A stretch of 63,998 nt of DNA, the filler included, from Dirinaria sp. TL-2023a (Eukaryota): NCBI GenBank assembly GCA_051941275.1. It is 9 parts of 9 records of this genome, joined end to end, with 100 filler letters (N's around TTAATTAATTAA, not from the genome) between each part and the next. Parts side by side here need not be neighbours in the genome. Positions count along the whole stretch, not along the records: positions 35,782 to 42,810 come from JAVEBF010001376.1; positions 42,911 to 49,929 come from JAVEBF010001377.1; positions 50,030 to 57,047 come from JAVEBF010001378.1; 6 more parts are not named here. One strand, given 5' to 3'. The notes below the pieces were generated by a model that saw only the letters and a list, made by a program, of their open reading frames with translations, was not told where the DNA came from and did no database searches. Below are positions 37,843-50,119 of this stretch, in pieces. The position numbers were made by a program, and so were the translations under genes. The first letter of the stretch is position 1; the number at the start of each line of letters is the position of its first letter.

Positions 37843-39159
37843 TCAACTTCTGTTCCTGTTCCCTTCGACCACACCTACGGCGACAGCGACGACAATAATG
37901 ATGATGAGGACTGTGATAGCCGTGGATTAGCATGCCTACATTGAACCCAGCAGTACTCTGAAACTTACCGCATATAAGCAAGCACCACCACTTCTTCCGG
38001 TTCCGGCTCCTGGCTTGCTTGATACCAGTATCCAACTCGGTGTTTGCCTTATTAACGTCGACCACAACCTGCTCACCCTGCATGTCAATTTGCTCTACCT
38101 GCTCCTCTTGTTGCACCACGTATTGATCCAAGTCTTGGAAGAGCTGGAGCAGCTCTTTCATTTGCTCCTCAATCTGTTGAATGTCCTTGTGTCGGCCCCT
38201 GACGGCTTGCAGAGTGGAATTTGCTTGGCCTTGCCGGTTACCCTGGAGGAGCTGTTTTGATGTCAGAAACGGTGTGATCAATGGATTGAGACACTTACAA
38301 CTTGGCTGAAGACTTGATTGTTGAATGGATCGTCAACTGCTGCGTCGATTTCTGCGCGACTTGCGTCGGGCCTCACAATAAGATACTGTCTCTCAATCTG
38401 TTCCCTGACGTTATTTCTATACTCGCTTTCGGCCTGCTGGTACTGCTGTATGGCACGTTTGAGCTTCCGGTCCACCTTGCCAACCTGAGACGCATTCGTA
38501 GGCTCGCCTGATGCTTTTTGGGATTTGATTTTCCGCAGTCGCTCGGTGAAATTGCGGTAGAGAGTCATCGTCTCCGAGTTCAGAGCGTCCAGCTCGCGGT
38601 TGGTTCGCGCATGTTGACTCGCATCTGGATCATTGATCGCACGCTGCTGTAGAGTTTTCAGAAGCTTCAAATTTTTCTCGATGTTATCGATACCGAGATC
38701 GATGTCTCGACACTCGTTCAGGATGGCATTCGGATCCCGCGGAGCAGGTTGGCCGTAGCCTCCTGCCTGTCCATTCATTGCGCCCATTTCCATCTCGTTG
38801 CCGCCAGCTGCCTCTGTCAGCTATTACGTCGACCGCTCGTCCACGCAAGCTCACCATATGTACCATTAGCGCCACCGCCATACTGCTGCCGGCCACCTTG
38901 GCTCGGTTGTGCACCGCCCTGCTGAGCATACGGATTCCCTGACTGTTGTGCGTATGGATTTCCGGCCCCGGATGAGCTATATGGATTTGCTCCTCCTTGT
39001 TGAGCGTACGGATTGGACTGGCCATAACCACCGTAGTTCTAATTCAAAAATTGTCAGCGAATCCTCCTATGCACGCCTTCCATGCTGGCAGTTGAGAAGC
39101 TACACGGTAGAGCTCTAATGCTAAAGCCTCATAGAGGAACATGGTAGACCTACTGCCAT
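37843..39159 (-). CDS. Plasma-membrane syntaxin t-SNARE (Sso1/Sso2-like)
   Basis: Habc domain, SNARE motif RHKDIQQIEEQMKELLQLFQDL, RKKWWCLLI plus C-terminal TM; multiple GT-AG introns; first coding exon appears to be only ATGGCA. Confidence 0.92.
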
Positions 39160-40849
39160 CCTGGTGCCGATTCGTGGGTTGAACCCTTGGTCTGAGAAAG
39201 TCCCGCTTTCCACCCGGCTGTCAGCTTGGAGCAGCAGAGTCGTTCCTGAAGAAAAGGGTCCGCAAAAAATGAATGGCAGTAATTATCAATGCAGAGAGAG
39301 TTGTGAAGATGATAAAACGGATGCTTGAAGCTGGCTGAGACGAACTTGAGTCGTGGTGTAAAGCGTGGAGTTGAAGCTTTGCTGGTGAGATTTCTCGTTA
39401 GCGCCGCTTCCGCCGACTCGAAACGGCGAAAGTCCTGCCGATCAAACTCGCTGGCCAAGAAGTGAAGAAGGACCCTGAATTTGAATATTACTTGTATTTT
39501 TTAATTGCCAATTTCACGCCTCACATTTCACACACTACTCGATGATGATTGAGATTATTATCATTTGCATGGATGGTAAATTGCTTATTTACGTACTCAT
39601 CATCAGGCTTTCGTATGTCGCAAAAATAAATTCCTGATGCCTTGTGATCTATCTTCAGGCCGCTGCTTTTCGTTCGCTTGCATCGTACATTATGCTGGGC
39701 ACAAGCCACGCTCCTATTCATAGCCGCCTCTTCATAGGCCACTGCGCTTCTTCAAATTCGCCGCAGCGCAGCCGCGTAACTCGAGCAATGCCTTTTCGTT
39801 TACGTCGTCTTTACTCGAGCTTTCGAAAAAGGTACCCAGACGTACGTCTTGTACTTGTCGTGGGACCAGAGTATGTAATGACTTTGCAGGATACGGTACT
39901 CCGTAGTCATGTTAGGAAAGATCAAGGTCACGTGACCTAGGTGGAGCTTTATGCTGTTGTTTGGCCCTACCTTATGTTTCCCGGGTTCCTAGGCAGCAGT
40001 GATATTCATTCGCGTGCTAAGCAAGCAATAGCCGTCGAGGTGAAGATAAGAATTCTCTACCTCAGTCCTATTTCCTTGGCCAGATTTATACACCTCCCGA
40101 TTTTAACCTGATCGGCCAGCAAAAGAAGGCGATCCGTTGTTCTCCAATCTTTTGGTACGGAGCTCGACGCCAGAACTCCTGACTGGCGCCCTCTCCGTCA
40201 AGACCACGCTATTCAGGGTATTACAGGTGCGTTACGGCGAGCACAGCTGCAACGTGGGAAGTGATTTGGTTCGTAGAGGTGGCGACCTCGCGTGATGGCC
40301 CGGATGACTTCCGCTCACTGGCATGAGTGGCAGTGACCCCCCCAGTCTGAGTTTATGGAGTCGAGCTCTGTACGTCCCTGTGGAAACCCTACAGGTTATC
40401 GTTTCGACCCAGCTTAAGAATCTCAGCACACTAGCGCATACCTCGGAGACTATCAGAGAATATTCTACCTTCGTGGTGAGAACAAAGACTGAATTAATGA
40501 ATGAGAAGTGTAAAGTCGCCAGCATCTATCAATCCCTCTTAGCGCATCAACCCATATCAGATAGTCGACGGAGACTATCCTAGATAGTACGAGTACAAGT
40601 AGTGGTGAAACCATCAGTAAAGGAGGTGATCTTAGTACCCAGTACTCACCCAAATGGCTCTGGCCTTGCTTGTATCAGCGTGGCCAATCTTTGCGTGCGG
40701 TGAGGCCATCCTTTTCCAAAGGAGGAAGTCTGTTTTTAGCCATCATATTCCTTGCCGTGCTCTAAAGGAGATACAAGATCTAAAGACCCATAAATTCGTA
40801 TGCTTTCTACACGAATAATAGATCCATAGGAGCGAAACTGCTTCTTCGA

Positions 40850-42730
40850 TCAATCTTTCTTTTTTCGAGGCCGGCCCATTGGACCCCTGGATCTAGGCTT
40901 ATCCACATCATATTTTCTAGGTCGTCCTTTTGGCCCCTTCGGCAGACTCGCATCTCTTCTCTCCACTACCTTTCCCCACCACCTTTTGCCCTGTACTGGC
41001 TGCAAGAAACCATCTACGTGCACGCCTCCACACATAGCCTCTCCATCTCTAGTCTGGCCCAATTTCGAGGATGATTCATCCTCTGTAGACCCATGCTCGC
41101 TGGCGTCTTCCTCATCGTCATTTCTGTCGCGTCCCTTGACTTTCGCCTCATGGCTATCGCTGCTATTAGCAGGTAAGATGTTCATGTCCGCACCCCTCTC
41201 CCTGCGCTCATCCCCGTCCAGGACGTGAAACCGCATTCTTTCGTCGAACAAATCACCACATCTTTGAGCTGCTCTGTGTATCACGCCAGATGACCAGCCC
41301 TGCAACGCCGCAACGCCAAGGACAGTAGACCAGTCAAGTGATGCAAAAGTAGCTTTGTATGACGGCCGTGCAAATTTAGTAGAAGCTTGAGATGAAGATC
41401 GACTTGTCGCTCGCGACTTAGACCCAACATGGCGTGACGAAGGCCGCGAAGCTGAGGCAGTACGCTGTCGTTTGCGACTTCGTGTGTTAACAGAGTAATC
41501 TGTAGCTGGTTCATCAGCACCAAAATCTTTGCCCTGCAGATTTTGAGCTTGTGGGTTCTTTGTAGATTCCTGGGTTGGTCTTCGGCGCTTTCGGCTTGGC
41601 TTTACTGAGCTTGCAACAGGCTCGCTCCCGGTCTCTATTTCCTCGTCCACATCACCAAAAGACCTTTTGGATCTAACTGTAGCGTATGAGACCCGAGCAC
41701 GGTACAAGCCCAGCAGTAATTCGTCAAGCTTAGCTACTAAATGTTGGACGGATGGTCGTAGGATCTTGCTCGCAGCGTCGTCGTCAGCCGCCTCTACGGG
41801 CTTGTACTCCACTTCCTCCTCACTCCCTCCTACAATATTTACGGACGTCTGCGGCCGACCTCTGTGCCACGCTGATGACACCCGCAATCTTTCCCGTTCC
41901 ATTCTCTCTGATGATCTTGAATCCGCTTTACGTTCCTGGGTTGCCCACTCCCGTCCTCGGAATCTTACCTTAGCAGCATTCAAAATCCTTGCGTTCAAAC
42001 AATCCTGTAAGATCTCACTCGACCTCTCAATTCCATGATTTGCCGCCCCCCGCAAAGGGGACTCGTCATCCCATTCACTCCTCGCCCATTCTCTTGGCAC
42101 TTCTTCTACTTGCATCGGCCAAGAAGTCCATACCCTTGGCGGGTGCCAGCCGTAGTCGCCGACTTGCTCATAGGTGATTTCATTATCGTCCACAGCACTA
42201 CTAGGTTCGGCTCTTGAACGTACATTTTTGGATGAATTCTTGCTGCGCTGGTCCCCAAATTCAGGGGTTCGCCTAGGGTTTTTAAAGCGTGCACCAACGC
42301 GGCGTTTCAGGGCGAAGGCATTGAAAAGATGGATACTCAGATCACAGGACGTAAGAGTATCAAGCGAGGCTGCAAGCTCGCGCTCGGGAGCAATGCGAGC
42401 GAGAAAGGCGGATGCTATCGTAGAATTAGGTATTTGCTCTGAATCTCGTGATGAAGAGGAAGAGAGCTGGTGATCTGGATCCGAATGGAGAGTATCTTGT
42501 TGCTGTGCTGATGTAGACTGGTTGGACGCTTCTGAAGCCAAAATACTACTAGAATCGCCTTCTGATAATGAGGCAGGCGATAATTCACTAGGAAGTTCGA
42601 GGTTCGGCAAATCCCGTGGTGATGGCGAGGATGATAGTTCTGCTGCGTATCGGTCTTGGCGGAATCGAAGAGGCTGTAAAGTCGAGCTTTGTGATACGGA
42701 CTCGTCGCTAGATCCTGAAGAGGCAGACAT
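40850..42730 (-). CDS. Rrn9-domain protein (RNA polymerase I upstream activating factor subunit-like) with C-terminal AT-hooks
   Basis: ERELAASLD...DLSIHLFNAFALK...WTSWP motif; DWSTVLGVA...RAAQRC..LF.E; GVHVDGFLQP; two GRPRK motifs. Confidence 0.75.
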   Translation of the reverse strand: MSASSGSSDESVSQSSTLQPLRFRQDRYAAELSSSPSPRDLPNLELPSELSPASLSEGDSSSILASEASNQSTSAQQQDTLHSDPDHQLSSSSSRDSEQIPNSTIASAFLARIAPERELAASLDTLTSCDLSIHLFNAFALKRRVGARFKNPRRTPEFGDQRSKNSSKNVRSRAEPSSAVDDNEITYEQVGDYGWHPPRVWTSWPMQVEEVPREWARSEWDDESPLRGAANHGIERSSEILQDCLNARILNAAKVRFRGREWATQERKADSRSSERMERERLRVSSAWHRGRPQTSVNIVGGSEEEVEYKPVEAADDDAASKILRPSVQHLVAKLDELLLGLYRARVSYATVRSKRSFGDVDEEIETGSEPVASSVKPSRKRRRPTQESTKNPQAQNLQGKDFGADEPATDYSVNTRSRKRQRTASASRPSSRHVGSKSRATSRSSSQASTKFARPSYKATFASLDWSTVLGVAALQGWSSGVIHRAAQRCGDLFDERMRFHVLDGDERRERGADMNILPANSSDSHEAKVKGRDRNDDEEDASEHGSTEDESSSKLGQTRDGEAMCGGVHVDGFLQPVQGKRWWGKVVERRDASLPKGPKGRPRKYDVDKPRSRGPMGRPRKKKD

Positions 42731-43276
42731 CCTGGAGATCTAGGTTTCGCATGCGTTGAATTTTGGCCGTTGGGATACTCTGCCAGGAAGACAGAAATCT
42801 GCCTCGGCCTNNNNNNNNNNNNNNNNNNNNNNNNNNNNNNNNNNNNNNNNNNNNTTAATTAATTAANNNNNNNNNNNNNNNNNNNNNNNNNNNNNNNNNN
42901 NNNNNNNNNNTTTACACAGTGAAGCAGTGAAGCAGTCCCGATGGATGAACAAATTGAGAACAGAAGCCCAACTCTGCCTCTAGATATGGCGGGGATCATG
43001 ACGCTACAAATAACCCAAATGACTGAGTTCGCAGTGTCAAGGGATCCTTGAGCGCCCCCTTCAGAGCCACGACACGATGATGCATTTAGGTTTCCTGTCT
43101 CAGTGATGTTGGTGAAGAAACTACCTCAACAATTCAGCTTCAGGTCGACATCACATTCTTACATACACCTCCTTACTTCGGTCACTCATCGACCCACTTT
43201 CTCACATCCACATCTTCGAATTCGGAGTCCACCTTTCCTCATACAACCCTCACAGGCAGGTAACCAGTCTTCACGA

Positions 43277-43936
43277 ATGGCATCCCAAACAGCCACTGCT
43301 ACCTCCACCGGTGCCCCTCCCATCGTCCGCTTCTACGATCCCCATCTCTGCGCCCCCGACTCCCAATCTCGTACCCTGACAAGTATCCTGCAGTGGCCCA
43401 ACGACCGCCTCGAATACAGCCACGATTACATCCAATGGCTTTTCCCGCTTCCGGAACGCTCCCCCATTGCTCCTTCGGCACCGGTGATCGATCGCCAGAC
43501 CTTCCTTGCGTTCCGTTCACGGCCCGAACTCTATGACCGGCTACGAGACGCCCTTGGGCGCATCTGCCGCTTCTACGGCTTCGAGGCCCGTGGTCCTGGC
43601 CCTGACGGCGGGTTTCGAATGGAGAGGTTGCCGGATACGGAGTTTAGGGCGAGGAGTCGCGGGTGGGTCTCGAGGTTCAATCATAATCATTTGCGCATCA
43701 CACGGATTATCCGGTCCCTGAGGGTTTTGGGGTTGGAGCATGAGGCGAGGGTGTTTTTCGAGGCGGTTGAGGGTGTTTATGAGGATACGGGGAAAATTGG
43801 GCAGCGGAGTTTGATGTTTTGGCGCAGGGCCATGGGGAGGCCTTTGTACCTGGCGCCCGAGGACGAATCGGATGAGGGCAGGGGGAGAGATTTCCTTTAT
43901 GAGTATGAGGCGGAGAAAATAGACCGAGAAAATTAG
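43277..43936 (+). CDS. Opioid growth factor receptor (OGFr) conserved-domain protein
   Basis: LEYSHDYIQWLFPLPE and NHNHLRITRIIRSL motifs; ATG 43277. Confidence 0.85.
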   Translation: MASQTATATSTGAPPIVRFYDPHLCAPDSQSRTLTSILQWPNDRLEYSHDYIQWLFPLPERSPIAPSAPVIDRQTFLAFRSRPELYDRLRDALGRICRFYGFEARGPGPDGGFRMERLPDTEFRARSRGWVSRFNHNHLRITRIIRSLRVLGLEHEARVFFEAVEGVYEDTGKIGQRSLMFWRRAMGRPLYLAPEDESDEGRGRDFLYEYEAEKIDREN

Positions 43937-44234
43937 AATCAGCATGGAGATTGAAGGTTCCCGATGCCTTATGGCAATCTGAGTAAGGAAAACTCTACAG
44001 TCGCCTGGGAAAGCTGGGCTTGGGGATATCAGTGTCAGCAGGGAACTATGGACACCACGTTTTGAAGAGTCCAATGGAGAACGATGGTTCATACTATGGC
44101 GTTAAGACGGTTAGAGCTTAGAGTTGGACGATAGAGTCAGAGCTGCCAAGCTTAGATAGATACCCAAGGGGACAATTTGTGGGCAATTCCAGGGACTGAC
44201 AGCTTTTCACTGCATTAAATATGCTTTGAAACTC

Positions 44235-45203
44235 TCAAGCTTTCGTGACCACATTGACAAGGCTAATCGTTTTCTCTGCCAGCAATGCAGCATCCGGAGG
44301 GAAACGGCCGCTAAGGTAATTGTACTTCTCATCTTCCCGAACAAAGCTTTCTCCTGTAAGCCACCAGCTCAGATGCGAATGTGTCCGAGAGTACTTACGG
44401 AGACATGCTGAGGCTATTGAAATATTGCTTCTCAGGATCATCCAACCTGTTGGAGACCTAGACACAAATTCAGAGCCATCACGCTTTCACATCCCAAAAA
44501 TCACTTACACTTGTTTGAACGCTGTCGCTGTCTGGACCATACGTCTTATAGTAGTCTCCCAGGAAGGCTCTCGTGCCCCAAAAGATGCCTTGTTCCATAG
44601 TTCCCGGCAAAGCAGTTGTCGTGGCATCATGAATCACGCTTTTCCCATCTGGTTGAAGCGATTCAGATAGCACCATGACGCCATGGCAGATTGCCGCAAC
44701 AGACTTATTCGACGGTTTCCTTGTCCTTGGGAAGTATTCTAGCAGAAGCTTGTGAACTTCAGGAGAGTCAATGACTTGCTTCACGCCTTTCTCATGGCCG
44801 CCAGGTAAGAACACAAGGTCATAGGTATCAAGGGAGAAGGACATCTCGGTCCATGCAAGAATTGTGATATCGTGAAAATCCTGCTTCATTTTCTGATACA
44901 GCCCAACGACTTCTGCAGTTGCGCCCTGCGGAAGGTCAATACTAATCTATCCAAGAGGATAGAGAACCACTTTTGGCCTACTAGCATTTTCTGAGTGATG
45001 CCAGTAAGCATTTTAGCATCGCATTCTGGCGCTTGACCGTTTTCTGTGGCGATGTGGACCTCAAACCCCGCCTTTCTGAACTCGGTGAACGGTATAACAG
45101 TCTCTTGGGAGATACCATGAGAAAGCTGTTTATCACAATGGGTGACAGAAATACCTGTGGGATCATGGCCATAGTCGGCCATCAAAAACACAACTCTGGG
45201 CAT
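44235..45203 (-). CDS. DJ-1/PfpI (class I glutamine amidotransferase-like) family protein, multi-exon
   Basis: MADYGHDPTE, FLPGGH and AAICHG (nucleophile Cys) motifs; YLSGRFPPDA C-terminus; several GT-AG introns. Confidence 0.88.
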
Positions 45204-46007
45204 TTCTCAAATGGTGAACATAAGCAGTTAGAAGTGACAATTAGCAAGTCTAAAATAGAACCAAAGAGCCAAATACAAAGTTGCAGCTTCAATAGAAACA
45301 CAGGCAGATGCTAATGTAGAATGAGGAGACGATGACGAAACCTACCGTACCTAAGCTCCTTAGGTAAGGTAATTAAGAGTATGAGATACATTGGGATAAG
45401 CCAACGCAACGGTACGATAGATCGGCAAGATCTGCCGTCTTTTCAGAGCGCTTGACTCATGGAGCCTTCTCGGAGAGACGCTGTAAGATTACTTGCAACA
45501 TACAGTAAAGTGAGTAAGGTACTCCTACTTCATGGAGCTTGCAATCCTGGAATCGACGATGATGGTCCCGCACGAGGTTTTATGCATCTTGTGCACAACC
45601 GAGGCACAAACCGCTGTTTGGGGGCTTGGCGCCAAGCTTTGATGCCTCAATGCTTGGCAGAAACCTCCGACCTTACCATAGCAACGCAAAGGCTCTAATG
45701 AATGGAAGGAGGCAATATGCTATGAACTACATGGTCGTACATCGGCTACGATCGAGTTAAGCTCGATCGTTACAGTAACTGCGATCCTATTAATCATCGA
45801 GCTGTTCTATGGGTGGGTGCAGATGCCAGGGTAGCGCTCAGTCTGGTAACGAAAACGTGAGCAAACACAGTGATTGGTGAATAGACTCGCAACCACCTTC
45901 AACCTGTCATGTACTCTCTTTGACTACTTTATTACAGCTTTTTGCGACTTGCAAATTAACACCTCCACTGGAATCTTTTCTTACCATTAATGGTTGCATT
46001 ATTACCA

Positions 46008-49000
46008 ATGGAGGGTGCAAGTAGGAAAAGACAGCCTAAGCTGGCAGACCTCCCTGCAGAAGTGCAGAGAGGGATCGTTCAATATGTTAGAAGATCATTC
46101 CTGTGTATGTCTTCACGATTTTCCTAACCTCTACAGGTGCCTCGAAAACATCTCTTTAAGCTCCAGCGTACTTCGCGGACCTTCTTCTCGCTGGCTAGCG
46201 CTGAGATATACTCTTGTTTGGATTTCCGCTTTACCTCTACTGGCGCCAAAGACGACGATACACCACCTGCACGGCTTTCCAGTGCCCTTGATGCCATCGT
46301 CACTAGCGACCATGAATATGCACGGTACATCAAGTGCTTCCGGCTTACCATCTCTCAAGAAGACGCCTTCAATGCATACACGCTAGCACGCCTCTTTTGG
46401 CCAGCCGGAGCCAACTCTACTGGGATGCTGAATACAGCACTAGTGTTAATGCTCAAGAGAGCAAAGGCTCTCGAGACCTTCCAGTAAGTAGTTCAGTGAA
46501 CTTAGAGAGCTTCTTCGATTACCGCTATACGACATCACTTAGATTCAGCCACTGAGTTACTCGCAGATGGGACGTGCCCGTGGAACTCAGTCCGTCGGTC
46601 TATCATGCTTTGCACAGGGCTCAGGGTCTTCGAAACTTGCTTGTCAGATCTCCTGGTCTTCCAATTCAACTGGCCATTACGCCAACATACTCGTCAACAA
46701 CGGGCTTTCCCACTGCTTCAAATTCGTCAAATTCAGGAACAGCAACGTTGTCTGCGATACCCGCAGCTTCTTCCGGTTCGGCATCGTCTCAGATGAAGCG
46801 CCTAATTAAAAAGCCCAAAGTATCGGATCCGGCTGATGCCTATTGTCTCTCTGGCTTCTCGAGTCTGGCGATCGTAGCTTTCCTCGAGATTAGCAATCTT
46901 GACGGCCTTTCGAACATTTCTGCCTGTCTGAAAGCATCCTCCGCGAATCTAAGGAGTCTTACCCTATCACTGGCCTGGGAACTGGCTTCCAAAGCCCGGA
47001 AATCGAATCCTCCTACACCACCACCGCCACCTCCTCCGCCTGCAATGTTAGACGATGCAGACATGAGCGATGACGACACTGACGACATGGCCCCGCTTGA
47101 TCCTCCACCACCGCCTCCGCCATCTCAGTCTGTCAGCGCTGCTGAAATTCGAAGGGACAAACTTGCCCAGGAGACTATACTAGCGAAGATCTTTGATTTA
47201 CAAGCTGTAGCAGCAGAGGGAAAGAAAATTGAGAAAGACCTTGTCCTTTCTGTTGACAGCTTCAACAGCACATCCTCCGGCCCCATTGTCGAGACAGAAC
47301 ACCCGATCCTGGCTGAACTCTCGAAATCGCTGACGGCCGTGATGGTTGCAAAGGGTAGAGGAAAGAAGGAAGACATGCAGCGCGCACTGAAACTCATGTA
47401 CAAAGCAGCGAAAGAGCTCGAGAAGTTTGCAACTCCCGGCATAGAACCGGCATCATCCGGAACCTCGAGCAGTGGAACCTCAGGGGCCACTTCGTCCAGC
47501 ACAAACTCAAAACAGCTCCCTTGGCCAAGCAACCCAGTGGCGGCAAACCCCGTAACACCACAACAATCTGCGGCACTAAACGCGGTTGAGGCAGCGCTGC
47601 TCGGCTATGGACCAGACACGAGCCTGCTTAAGAAACAGGTGAAACAGAATTTCCATTCTTAAGACATCTAGGCTGACTAAACCAAGGTCCAGATGACTGA
47701 TGCACCGGTGGAGGAGATAGCTGCAATGATGAAAACCCACGAAACTAAACAAGCCATCAGTAGCACTGTTGAACCATCACAAGGCTTCAACGATTTCCAG
47801 AAGACGCTGCTTGAGGAAGCTGGAGAACTCGCTGGTTTGAATTCTAACACGAATGATCAGCTCCCCCTTACCGATATTAATGGTGAAGAAGACGAAATGG
47901 ATATTGACATGGAACATCCTGACGAAAGCACGGTCGATACTGGCCCAGATCACGAGATGATGGACCATACTGAGGAGCCGGAGAGTCCTTTAGCAAGTCC
48001 CAGAAAGAAAGCCAAATACGAAATTCCAACGATTGAGAGTTCCGTCATCGCCGATCAATTCACTAAGGCCAACGTGATCTCTGAACAATCAAAGGGGAAT
48101 GGAAAGGCCAAAGCGCTTGATGACGCTCCAGAAGGAGATTCAAAGGATGTGCCGATTTCCTCTGAGGACGCGATGCAGAAATATATACGTGCAACGCACG
48201 GGCTTCAGCTAGAGGAATTTGCCCTTTATCTTATACCTCTCAAAGCCTCGATCGTCGGCCGAGCCCTTGACTTGACCGTGCTCAAGCGTATTACCTTACT
48301 AGACGTCGGACCTCAAGTCGCGTTCTGGCACCTCGTACGGCGTCTTCGTAGGAGTGAACCGCGTATCGGATTTCACATGATCCATAGCGATGACGTCTCC
48401 AGTGCTCTGCTCGAGTTCCTTTCCACCTCGGAAGGAGTTCGGGAACTGTACTTCCACAAAAAGAAAAAGAAGGAACCAGAGCCAGAGACGACAGTAAAAG
48501 TTGACATCAAATTGATCTGCAAGCTCGCTCTCCGCAAGCACCTCGACACCCTCACACATCTCATGCTCAAGAACGAAAGCGACGACTCATGGGATGCTGA
48601 CGAACGTATCGTCCGCATGATCAGTTCTCGCGGCGCCGGGCTTGTTGAATTCGCCGTGAGCATGAAGATTAAGCCACTGCACATTCTCCTCCAACACCTG
48701 ACTTCTTTCACATCCCTGCGTGCGCTTCATCTCCTCCACCTCCGCACCTCTTCCACCAGCACCAACACCATCTTCGAGCTGGACGCTATGTCTTTTCTCA
48801 CTGACACTCTGATCCATTTCCCCGCCCGCAAACTCAAATACATCGGGATCGCGGACCATTTCGCCGTCATCGAATCGCCGACGGAGATAGCCAGGCGGGT
48901 CAAAGCCGTCTCGGAAAAGAAGCGTAAATTGCACAAAGGAAAGGGTCGAGCCAAGACGAAGGAACACGCCGCGGTCTCCGTTTCCTCCAAATCCGGAGAA

Positions 49001-49216
49001 GGCGCGGAGAAAGCTCGAGGAGGGGGAGGAGGAGGGGAGAAGATCTGGGATTCGCCAGGAGTAGCAGTAGAGGAAGAAGACAGTTGGGATGAGCTCGGCG
49101 TCGAGCATCAGGAAGTCAAAGCCGGGGAATGCTCGTTCAAGTGGCAGACGAAGTTCTGGGAGGTCAACGATGTGAAGGTCTTCGAGAAGCGGATCCGCAC
49201 GGGCAAGATCGTTTGA
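46008..49216 (+). CDS. Large F-box-like fungal protein, multi-exon
   Basis: N-terminal LADLPAEVQRGIVQY/VPRKHL F-box-like motif; introns at about 46087-46136, 46484-46566 and 47639-47686 link the long ORFs; LRR-like and poly-Pro segments. Confidence 0.75.
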
Positions 49217-49562
49217 AACGAGCGTAAAGCGGGAAAAAAAAAGGGGGGAATACGTTGATCCCGATGGATGGATGGATGAGAGGAAAGTGTAACCCCAAGT
49301 GGCATTAATTCTTCGAAAGTTCGAAGGCGATTTGTATTATTATTATTACCAGCCACCACCCCCCTTAGCTTAGCTACATACTGTATGTTAGCTCCTACTT
49401 TACCTTACCTTGCCTTATCCATGGCAGCATCAGTAATTCGATGGACCCTCTTTTGCTGGGGGGAAGCTGAGTAAGGTAGTAATGAATAATCAACTTTTGC
49501 CCTTCTCTTTTTTTTTTTTCTGTCTCTTTTCACTTCATCTCAAGAAGAGAAGAGAGAAAAGT

Positions 49563-49564
<2 letters not shown>

Positions 49565-49598
<34 letters not shown>
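49565..49598. repeat. (CCTG)n microsatellite
   Basis: About 8 tandem CCTG units. Confidence 0.9.
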
Positions 49599-49599
<1 letters not shown>

Positions 49600-50096
49600 A
49601 GTAGAGTTTAGTTTGCGATTTCAAGAAAGAGAGAATCTTTGTGAAAGTTCGGGGTTACGGTACTCTACGCCGCCGTTTTCCTTCCCCCTCTCCCAAAAAC
49701 CAGATCTAAATATAGATATATATATATAAAATTTTGAAGGACGAGGACGAGGAAAGGAAAGTAGGAACGATATACCCATCCCGCTGTTGGGTGCATGTAT
49801 GCAATATATCGAAGAAACAAAAGAGAAAAAGAAATGCATCAGCAACATATGTATACACATAATCTCCTCCTTACGAACCTAAATCTTACCTTACACCCCC
49901 TCCATCTGTGCGTTAGTTACCTATATACCNNNNNNNNNNNNNNNNNNNNNNNNNNNNNNNNNNNNNNNNNNNNTTAATTAATTAANNNNNNNNNNNNNNN
50001 NNNNNNNNNNNNNNNNNNNNNNNNNNNNNGTCGAAAGGAAAAGGGGACTTTTTATAAACCAAACAAGAAACAAAGGGCTTTGCGTGTAGAGAGTAG

Positions 50097-50119
50097 GAGA
50101 GAGAGAGAGAGAGAGAGAG
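50097..50119. repeat. (GA)n microsatellite
   Basis: Tandem GA dinucleotide run. Confidence 0.9.
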
